This document shows positions 31,467-39,462 of a DNA stretch of 64,000 nt, one piece after another. The DNA comes from an uncultured Aliarcobacter sp. (GTDB taxonomy: Bacteria > Campylobacterota > Campylobacteria > Campylobacterales > Arcobacteraceae). The number at the start of each line of letters is the position of its first letter. The first letter of the stretch is position 1. A program made the translations under genes and the position numbers. Below the pieces are notes generated by a model. The model had not been told where the DNA came from. It saw only the letters and a program-made list of their open reading frames with translations, and searched no databases. The DNA lies in the NCBI GenBank assembly GCA_963677435.1, contig OY781945.1, positions 2,528,001-2,592,000 of the forward strand. The letters run 5' to 3'.

Positions 31467-32720
31467 TTAATAAGTGTTTTTTTCTATGATTCTATCAAGT
31501 GTTGATATTGCTATAAATTTGTCAAAATATGCTCGATTAAAACCTTGTTTTGCTTGTGTTAATAAGTAGTTTGCATCTGTTAAATCTGTACTTGTTGAGA
31601 TTCCCTCATCAAATCTATTTTTTACAATACCATAATTTTCTTGGGCTTGAAGAAGAGCTAATTTTGATGTTTCTAGATTATCAAGGGCAACTTCAAGATT
31701 TGATTTTGCATTTTCATATTGAAGTTTAATATCAAGTTTTGTTTTACTTAAAATTGAATTTGCATTAAGATATTTTATTTTATAAATTTCAGTTTGAGAA
31801 GAATCATATCCACCATTATATAAGTTCCAAGTTGCTGTTACATTTGCTACATTTTGATTATCTTCTTTATTTTCTATATTTTTAGATAATTCATCATAAT
31901 ATTTATTATGAGAAACCGAAGCATCAACTTTTGGATAATATCCAGCTTTTGCAGATTTTTCTAACTCTTTTATAGATTGTAAATTCATTTTTAAAGCTTG
32001 AATTTCACTTCTATTTTCAAGTTGTTTTTCATCATAAACTGAACTTTGAATAGCTTGTTCATTTAGCTTTTCAATAGTTTCATTTTCTAAATCAATTCCA
32101 CCTAAAATATTTGATAATTGGAATTTTGCGATTTTTAAATCACCTTGTGCTTTAACCACATTTTGTTTTGCACTTGACATATTTACTTGAACTTGAAGTA
32201 AATCATTTTTTGCAATTAAGCCTTGCTCATATCTGTTTTTTGAGTCTTCATATTGTTCTTGAAACAAAGTATAAGCACTTTTGTAAGTACCTAAAGCATT
32301 TTGTTTATCAAGATAGTTTATATATGCTGTTTTTGTGTTTAGAACAATATCTTGTTTTGTGGCATTTAATGAATATTGAGAAGATTGAGATAAATAAATA
32401 GATGATTCTTTTAACGCTAAATCTTTGAATCCATTAAATAAATTGTATGAGAATTTTAAACTTGCAACACCTTCATCTGATTCAAATCCAACATTTGCTT
32501 TATCGGTATTTGTAAAACCATAAGACGCATCTAATTTTGGTAAATAGTTTGCATTGTTTGATTTTACATTCTCTAAACTTTCAATATAATCATAATTTTT
32601 TGATTGTATATCAAAATTGCTTTCTAATGCTTTTTTTACAGCCTCATCAAGAGTTAAAGCATTTAGATTAACAGCTAAAAAAGCTGTTAATGATAGTGTT
32701 AATAATTTTATTTTTTTCAT
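31467..32720 (-). CDS. TolC-family outer membrane protein
   Basis: Signal peptide, LTLDEAV, YLPKLD/YYPKVD, YNLFNG/WNLYNG, RYEQG/RFDEG. Confidence 0.9.
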   Translation of the reverse strand: MKKIKLLTLSLTAFLAVNLNALTLDEAVKKALESNFDIQSKNYDYIESLENVKSNNANYLPKLDASYGFTNTDKANVGFESDEGVASLKFSYNLFNGFKDLALKESSIYLSQSSQYSLNATKQDIVLNTKTAYINYLDKQNALGTYKSAYTLFQEQYEDSKNRYEQGLIAKNDLLQVQVNMSSAKQNVVKAQGDLKIAKFQLSNILGGIDLENETIEKLNEQAIQSSVYDEKQLENRSEIQALKMNLQSIKELEKSAKAGYYPKVDASVSHNKYYDELSKNIENKEDNQNVANVTATWNLYNGGYDSSQTEIYKIKYLNANSILSKTKLDIKLQYENAKSNLEVALDNLETSKLALLQAQENYGIVKNRFDEGISTSTDLTDANYLLTQAKQGFNRAYFDKFIAISTLDRIIEKNTY

Positions 32721-32733
32721 AACTATTTTCCTT

Positions 32734-35700
32734 TTATGATTTACTTACATCTACATTTTGGACTGATTTTTCATCAGGTACTACTCTTTTTTCATATTTA
32801 ATAAAAAACATTAAAAGAGCAGGTGTAACAAATATAGTAAACACTGTTGAAAGTGTAAGTCCACCTGTAATTACTGAACCTAAACCTCTATAAAATTCAC
32901 TTCCAGGTCCTGGAATTAAAACCAATGGTAACATTCCAAAAATAGAAGTTAAAGAACTCATATAAATTGGTCTAATTCTTGTTCTTGTAGCTTCAATAAC
33001 TGCGGCTTTATGTTCATATCCTTCATCTCTAATTAGATTTAAACTTTGGTGAACTATCAAAATGGCATTATTTACAACGATTCCAATTAAAATAATAAAT
33101 CCAAGCATTGTTAAAACATCTAAAGGTTGTGGCTCAATAAACTTATTTGTTAAAGCAAGTCCTATAAATCCACCAGCAGTTGCAAGTGGAACTGTAAACA
33201 TAATAACTATTGGATATAAGAAATTACCAAATAATGCTGCCATTAACAAATATATAATTATTAAAGCCAAAATAAAGTTCATACTTAACATTCCAATTGT
33301 TTCTGTTAATTTATCAGCTGCTCCACTTATTCCGATTTCAACATTTTTTGAAATTTTTCCATCTTTTTCCATACTTTCAATTGCACCACTTAAAATAGTC
33401 ATGGTTTCTTGAATAGTCATATTAACAGGTGGCGTTACTTGTAAAGTTATAGTTCTTTTTCCATCTAAGTGTCTAATTTCACTAATACCTGTTGTATCAA
33501 AAGCACTAGCAAGTGAAGACATTGGAACTAATGCTCCATTTGGAACAACAACTTGCGCTGATAGAATATCTTCAGGAGTTTTTATTTGTTCATCATTTGC
33601 TTTTAAAACTAAATCTATTTTTTTCTTTCCATCTTGTTCAAAGTCTGATATTTTTCTTCCACTCATTAAAACATCAGTCATAATACCTAAATCACTAGAA
33701 CTTAAATTTAGAGCTTTTAAAGCATCTTGATTTGGTTTTATTCGCACTTCTGGATAAAGTAACTCAATAGATGGAACTGGTCGTACTTGTGCTCCAGAAA
33801 TTGCCCCACTAGCTGCCATAAATAATTGAGTTCCTACATTTGCAATATCCTCAATCTTTTCACCACTAATATCAATATTAACTGTTTTACCCTCACCAAT
33901 ATCATCTTCAAAAACACCTGATTGCAAAGATACTCCAAACACTGATGGAAGTGAATTTACTATTGGTCTAAAAAATGGTATTAATTCCCTTGCACGGCTT
34001 TCATGCATTGAAGTTGCACCAAATAAACTGAAATCCCCAAAAGAAACAAAAAATGCTCTATTAATTCCTGGAACTCCATCTACATCTTTATTTATATTTG
34101 GCTCAACTTTTTTCATCAAATATGCACCCATGTTATATCTTTCTTCATAAGAAAGACCTGGAGGTGTGATTAAAATATTAAAAATTAAGTTTTTATTTCC
34201 TTGTGGCAAATAGTCCATTTTAGGAAATAAAGAGATAATAATTAAAGCTGAAAATGTACCTAATGTTCCTATTGTTATTAACTTGTTCATTGTTGTTTTT
34301 AATGACCATTTAATTATTCTCATAAATAAATTTACAAATTTATTTCCAAATCTAGTTAATGAACTATCACCTCGTGGCTCTTTTCCTGAAATACTTGCAA
34401 ATTTTTTCCAAAGCATTGGAATAACTGTAATTGAAACAAATAAAGAGAATAATACAGATGATGTAACAGCAATTGCAATATCTTTAAATAACTGCCCTGC
34501 TTCATCTTGTAAAAAAATAATTGGAATAAATACAGCCATAGTTGTAGATGAACTAGCGACTAAAGCTCCCCAAACTTCTTGTGTTCCTTTATAAGCTGCA
34601 TCACTTACACTCATTCCTTCTTTTCTGTGTCTATCTATATTTTCTAATACAACAATTGCACTATCAACCAACATACCAACAGCAAAGGAGATTCCAGCAA
34701 GTGAAATAGTATTTAAACTTCTTCCCAACCATGATAAGACAATAAATGTTCCAATTACAGAAATAGGAATAGCCACAGCAACAACTGCTGTTGGAGAGGC
34801 AGCTCTTAAAAATAGTATTAAAATAATTACAGCTAAAAGTCCTCCAACTAAAATATTTTGTTGCACTAAATCAACTGAACCTACGATATATGGTCTTTGG
34901 TCATATATCCATCTCATATTTAAACCCTCTTTTTTAAGGCTTGTTTCATTTAGTTCATTTACAACTTTTTCCACATCATTTGTAAGTTGTACAATATTTG
35001 CATCAGCACTTGGCTGGACACCTAAGAAAATTCCATCTTTACCCAAAAACATAGCAACTGTGCTAGCAGTTTCATATCCAAAATCAACTGTTGCCACATC
35101 TCCTACTGTTACTCTTTGCTCTCTATTTGAAACTAAAATAACATCTTTAATATCTTGTGGAGATAAAAATTTATGCACAGTTCTAATTCTGTATGATCGT
35201 CTTCCCATATTCTGAGTTCCAGCAGAAATATCTACATTTTCTGCTTGTAAAATATTAATAACTTGTTGAATTGTAAGATTATAAGCTGCAAGTTTATTCA
35301 CATCAAGATTTACTTGCATTTCTTGTTCTCGTCCACCTCCATCCATAGTTCCAGAAACTCCATCAACTCTTTTAATAAGTGGTTTTATTTCATCATTAAA
35401 ATATGTTCTGTATTCATCAATATTTCTTTTATTATCATCTAAAGTTTGTAACATCATCCAAATAACTGGACTTGCAGTTGCAGTTTCAATAATTGGTTCA
35501 TCTACATTATCAGGATAAGAACTAACTTCATTTAGTTTATTTGAAACATCTTGAAGTGCTACTCTAATATCAGTTCCCAGTTTAAAAGTAAGTTTTACTT
35601 CTCCTGAATTATCTGTTGATGAAGACTCATATTCTAATAAATTATTTAAACTTTTTAAAGCATCTTCTTGCTCTTCTATAATTTCTCGCTCTATTTCATA

Positions 35701-35868
35701 AGGCGTTGCACCTGGCCATACTGTTGTAATTTTAATTTCTGGTTTTGAAACATTTGGAGTTAATTGGTAAGGTAAATTACCAAGTGATATAAATCCAAAT
35801 AAAACCACAATCAAAACTGAAACAATAATAGTTACAGGGTTTTTAATTGAAAATTTTATTAAATCCAT
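32734..35868 (-). CDS. RND efflux permease (AcrB/AcrD/AcrF family)
   Basis: 1044 aa; GMLVDSAIVVLENI, GIVVNNAIL, RIRPIYMS. Confidence 0.95.
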   Translation of the reverse strand: MDLIKFSIKNPVTIIVSVLIVVLFGFISLGNLPYQLTPNVSKPEIKITTVWPGATPYEIEREIIEEQEDALKSLNNLLEYESSSTDNSGEVKLTFKLGTDIRVALQDVSNKLNEVSSYPDNVDEPIIETATASPVIWMMLQTLDDNKRNIDEYRTYFNDEIKPLIKRVDGVSGTMDGGGREQEMQVNLDVNKLAAYNLTIQQVINILQAENVDISAGTQNMGRRSYRIRTVHKFLSPQDIKDVILVSNREQRVTVGDVATVDFGYETASTVAMFLGKDGIFLGVQPSADANIVQLTNDVEKVVNELNETSLKKEGLNMRWIYDQRPYIVGSVDLVQQNILVGGLLAVIILILFLRAASPTAVVAVAIPISVIGTFIVLSWLGRSLNTISLAGISFAVGMLVDSAIVVLENIDRHRKEGMSVSDAAYKGTQEVWGALVASSSTTMAVFIPIIFLQDEAGQLFKDIAIAVTSSVLFSLFVSITVIPMLWKKFASISGKEPRGDSSLTRFGNKFVNLFMRIIKWSLKTTMNKLITIGTLGTFSALIIISLFPKMDYLPQGNKNLIFNILITPPGLSYEERYNMGAYLMKKVEPNINKDVDGVPGINRAFFVSFGDFSLFGATSMHESRARELIPFFRPIVNSLPSVFGVSLQSGVFEDDIGEGKTVNIDISGEKIEDIANVGTQLFMAASGAISGAQVRPVPSIELLYPEVRIKPNQDALKALNLSSSDLGIMTDVLMSGRKISDFEQDGKKKIDLVLKANDEQIKTPEDILSAQVVVPNGALVPMSSLASAFDTTGISEIRHLDGKRTITLQVTPPVNMTIQETMTILSGAIESMEKDGKISKNVEIGISGAADKLTETIGMLSMNFILALIIIYLLMAALFGNFLYPIVIMFTVPLATAGGFIGLALTNKFIEPQPLDVLTMLGFIILIGIVVNNAILIVHQSLNLIRDEGYEHKAAVIEATRTRIRPIYMSSLTSIFGMLPLVLIPGPGSEFYRGLGSVITGGLTLSTVFTIFVTPALLMFFIKYEKRVVPDEKSVQNVDVSKS

Positions 35869-35876
35869 TATTTGTC

Positions 35877-36947
35877 CTATTTGTTTTTTGTGTTATTATT
35901 TAATACTTTTACACCCATATCAGGGAAAACTCTCTCATTTCCTTTTGTAACTAATTGCATTCCATCAACTAATCCCTCACCAGTAATTGCAGCATTTAAT
36001 CCAAAATAAGTAGTAACTTTTACAGGAATCATCACAGCTTTATCATTTACAACAGCAAAAACAACATCCATATTAAATCTTTTAATAACTGCATCTCTAT
36101 TTATTACAAGTGCACTATTTTTTGTCTCTTTTGCAAAATTAATTTTTGCACTTGCACCATCAAAAATGAACTTATCTCCGGCATCTGCTTTGAATCTAAC
36201 AGGGAAAGTTCTTGTTAATTTATCTCCACTTGGAATCGCAGCATAAAGTTTTGCTTTAATGATTTCATCTGAAATATTTATATCATAAACATCTCCACTT
36301 TTTAATCCACCAATAAAAGATATAGGAAGATTAAAAACAATTTCTAAATCTTCTGTATTTACTATTGTTGCTACTAAACTTCCTTGGTCTAACCATTCAT
36401 TTAAATTTATATTTTTTTCAACAATTACACCTGAATATGGAGCTTTTATAACTTTTTTTGATTTTTGAATATTTAGCTCATTTAATTTTGCTTTTGATGA
36501 GATAAGATTCTCATTTGCCACATCATATTCAACTTTTACATCATCAAAAACTTTTTGTGAAATAGAATTTTTTCCAATTAAAGAAGCATATCTATCATAA
36601 TTTTTCTTTGAATTTTTTAACTGAACTTCATACATATTTACAGCAGCTTGAGAAGCTTTGATTTGCGCATCTAAAATATCAGAATCTATTTGAACTAAAA
36701 CATCATCTTTTTTAACTTTTTGTCCAACTTCAAAATTTATCTTTTTTACTACACCTGAACTTTCACTGGCAATTTTTGATTTTTTATCAAAATTTACAGT
36801 TCCAATAAATTCTTGTAAATCATTCACTTCTTGTGTTTTTAATGCTTGAGTTTCAACTAATGCAACTTGAGGTGCAGCCTCTTCAGCATTTAAATTTGAA
36901 AACATTAAAAAAGTAGATACTAAGACTAAACTAATTTTTTTTATCAT
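35877..36947 (-). CDS. RND periplasmic adaptor (membrane fusion protein)
   Basis: SGVVKKINFEVGQKVKK, IKAPYSGVI, TRTFPV. Confidence 0.92.
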   Translation of the reverse strand: MIKKISLVLVSTFLMFSNLNAEEAAPQVALVETQALKTQEVNDLQEFIGTVNFDKKSKIASESSGVVKKINFEVGQKVKKDDVLVQIDSDILDAQIKASQAAVNMYEVQLKNSKKNYDRYASLIGKNSISQKVFDDVKVEYDVANENLISSKAKLNELNIQKSKKVIKAPYSGVIVEKNINLNEWLDQGSLVATIVNTEDLEIVFNLPISFIGGLKSGDVYDINISDEIIKAKLYAAIPSGDKLTRTFPVRFKADAGDKFIFDGASAKINFAKETKNSALVINRDAVIKRFNMDVVFAVVNDKAVMIPVKVTTYFGLNAAITGEGLVDGMQLVTKGNERVFPDMGVKVLNNNTKNK

Positions 36948-36957
36948 TTTTATTTCC

Positions 36958-37185
36958 TTATATTTTTACTATTAACTTATGTACAATTTTATGCACTATT
37001 GGAGCAACAACCACAATTATAGGAAAGGCACAAATAAAAGCAATTCCCCAGGCATTTAACCAGCTAGAGATAAAAATCTCAACAAACCCTAAATTTATAT
37101 ATGTAATTATGAAGCTCATTATAAAACTCATAAATAACGCCATAAAAAAGGCGAAAACTATTCTTTCATATCTTCTACTTATCAT
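36958..37185 (-). CDS. Small membrane protein, DUF2798-like
   Basis: 75 aa, MALFMSFIMS...WLNAW.IAF..AFP; overlaps the TetR stop. Confidence 0.7.
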   Translation of the reverse strand: MISRRYERIVFAFFMALFMSFIMSFIITYINLGFVEIFISSWLNAWGIAFICAFPIIVVVAPIVHKIVHKLIVKI

Positions 37186-37781
37186 TTTTTTTCCTCTATT
37201 AATTCAAATAAATTATTTATAAAATTTTTGCAAAGGCTACTTACATCAAAATGCTCTTGTGTCATTTTTAGTAAAGTCAAACCATTTTCAAAAACAATCA
37301 AACTATCTACAAAATCTAAAGATTTTGGTGTTAATTCTTTTTTCTCAATTCCTTCAAGAAAAATCTTTTTCAATTGTTCTGTAAAAAAAATATGACATTT
37401 ATTGTTATATTTTTTCATTGATTGATTATCATCACTTAAAACAACTGATAAATACTCTTTATAACCATTAAACTCTTTTTGATTTTCAGCACTTTCATCC
37501 AATACAAATTTAAAAAAAAGAAAAACTTTTTCTTTTATTGTTTTTATATCTTTTATATTTTCCAAAAATTCATTATGGTAATTTTCAATATTTATATTAA
37601 TTATTTCAAAAACAATATCATCTTTATTTTCGAAATACTCATAAATAGTACCTTTTCCAATTCCTGCTGTTTTTGCAGCTTCTGAAACTGTCAATTTTCT
37701 AATTCCCACCTGATTTATTAAATCCATGCACGAAATAGCTATTTCTCTTCTTTTTTGTTCTTTATCAACTCTTGGTGCCAT
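37182..37781 (-). CDS. TetR/AcrR-family regulator
   Basis: HTH AAKTAGIGKGTIYEYFENKDDI; first gene of the efflux operon. Confidence 0.93.
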   Translation of the reverse strand: MAPRVDKEQKRREIAISCMDLINQVGIRKLTVSEAAKTAGIGKGTIYEYFENKDDIVFEIININIENYHNEFLENIKDIKTIKEKVFLFFKFVLDESAENQKEFNGYKEYLSVVLSDDNQSMKKYNNKCHIFFTEQLKKIFLEGIEKKELTPKSLDFVDSLIVFENGLTLLKMTQEHFDVSSLCKNFINNLFELIEEKK

Positions 37782-37814
37782 GATTATCCTTAAAAAATAT
37801 TATTTTTTATTGAC

Positions 37815-37884
37815 TGACCGTCGGTCAAGTTTGGAAGTATACTAAGAGAAACTTAATTTATTTTGAATTTCTGACCAATGGTCA
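37815..37884. promoter_or_regulatory. Two palindromic TetR-type operators TGACC-N3-GGTCA
   Basis: TGACCGTCGGTCA (37815-37827) and TGACCAATGGTCA (37872-37884) upstream of tetR. Confidence 0.7.
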
Positions 37885-37900
37885 ATAAAAATTTAAAAAA

Positions 37901-37927
37901 AAATTAATAGCTAAAAGCTATTAATTT
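37901..37927 (-). terminator. Terminator of selO
   Basis: AAATTAATAGCT-AAA-AGCTATTAATTT followed by a T tract on the minus strand. Confidence 0.65.
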
Positions 37928-39377
37928 AAGAAGAACAAGATAGTTTAATATTTGCATGTTTCATTGGAGTTGGCTGTGCATATTTTTCAAAATCAGGATG
38001 CTCATCATAAGGATTTTGAGCGATTTTTAATAAATCATGTACCAAAGAATAATCTCCCTCATGGGCTTTTTCGATAGCTTCTTGAAGAATATAGTTTTTT
38101 AATATATATTTTGGATTTACTTTTTTCATAACTTCAAATCTTGTTTCAAAAGTCGTTTCTTGCTCATCGCAAACTTTTTTATAAGATTCAAACCATTGTT
38201 TAAGTGGCTCTTGGAAAACTGCAATATCAAGGATTGAACTTAAATCTTCAAAAGATTTAAGATGTGTGAGTCTATAAAAGAAAACATTATAATCCATCTT
38301 TGCATTTTCTAAACTTCCAAGTAACTCTAAAATCAAATGAAGATTTGAATTTCCACTTTTTGAAGCATCTAAACCTAATCTTTTGTTCATTAAATCTAAA
38401 TATACTTTTTCATGTTGTGGTAAAAATGCTTTCATATAAGATTCTAACTTACTCTCATCACAAATTAGTTTTAAAGCACTAATTAGTGCAAATAGATTCC
38501 ATCTAGCAACATAAGGTTGGTTATTATAAGAATATCGCCCTTCTGCATCTGTGTGATTACAAATAGCATTTTTTTCAAAATAATCCATAAAAGCATAAGG
38601 ACCATAATCAATAGTAAGACCAGCAACTGAAAAATTATCAGTATTCATAACTCCATGTTGAAATCCATAAACCTGCCATAAGGCCAAAAGTTCAGCTGTA
38701 TTATCAACTAAAGAATAAAACATCTTTTCATATCTATTTTCTTCATTTTCTAAGTGTGGATATGATTGTTTTATCACATAATCTGCTAGTTGTGAGATTG
38801 TTTCTTTGTCCCTACTTCGAGCAAAAAACTCAAAAGTTCCGACTCTTACCCAAGATGGTGACATTCGCAAAACTATGGCACATGACTCTTGTTCCCAATC
38901 TCTGTGAGCAAAAGAATCAGAATCAATAATACCTAAAGCTCTAGTTGTAGGAATTCCTAGACCAAACATAGCTTCACTCATAAGATATTCACGAATTGAT
39001 GAACGCAAAACTGCTCTTCCATCACCGCTTCGAGAATATCGAGTAAGCCCTGAACCTTTTGTTTGTAAATGCCAGTTGTTTACACTTCCAAGATTTATAG
39101 CTCTTCCATCTCCAAGCTGTGGAACAAAATACCCAAATTGATGCCCAGCATAAGCCATAGCAAAAGGAATTGAACCTTCTAAAATCTTGCTTCCATTTAT
39201 AAAATCTACAAATTCTTGAGTTTGACACTCAGAATAATCAAGATTTATTAAATCACAAGCAAGGGGATTAAAAGATACAAGTTTAGGATTTTTTAGTGGA
39301 GTGGGATTTACTTTGTGATAATACTTTTCATCAAACTCGAAATAATCAACTTCAAGTTTTAATTCGTTTAATTTCAT
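37926..39377 (-). CDS. selO: Protein adenylyltransferase SelO/YdiU
   Basis: YAGHQFG, LGDGRA, KGSGLT, GDGRAVLRSSIRE, HGVMNTDN, IDYGP, C-terminal SCSS. Confidence 0.95.
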   Translation of the reverse strand: MKLNELKLEVDYFEFDEKYYHKVNPTPLKNPKLVSFNPLACDLINLDYSECQTQEFVDFINGSKILEGSIPFAMAYAGHQFGYFVPQLGDGRAINLGSVNNWHLQTKGSGLTRYSRSGDGRAVLRSSIREYLMSEAMFGLGIPTTRALGIIDSDSFAHRDWEQESCAIVLRMSPSWVRVGTFEFFARSRDKETISQLADYVIKQSYPHLENEENRYEKMFYSLVDNTAELLALWQVYGFQHGVMNTDNFSVAGLTIDYGPYAFMDYFEKNAICNHTDAEGRYSYNNQPYVARWNLFALISALKLICDESKLESYMKAFLPQHEKVYLDLMNKRLGLDASKSGNSNLHLILELLGSLENAKMDYNVFFYRLTHLKSFEDLSSILDIAVFQEPLKQWFESYKKVCDEQETTFETRFEVMKKVNPKYILKNYILQEAIEKAHEGDYSLVHDLLKIAQNPYDEHPDFEKYAQPTPMKHANIKLSCSS

Positions 39378-39411
39378 AATTTTTCTCTTTTGATAAATAT
39401 TTGTTTGTATA

Positions 39412-39428
39412 TGCAAGAAGCTTACCAA
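39412..39428 (-). promoter_or_regulatory. Putative sigma54 promoter of selO
   Basis: Minus strand TTGGTAAGCTTCTTGCA = GG-N10-GC, ~35 nt upstream of ATG. Confidence 0.45.
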
Positions 39429-39462
39429 AAGATGACATAAAAGAGGATAAGTTTAGTCTGGT

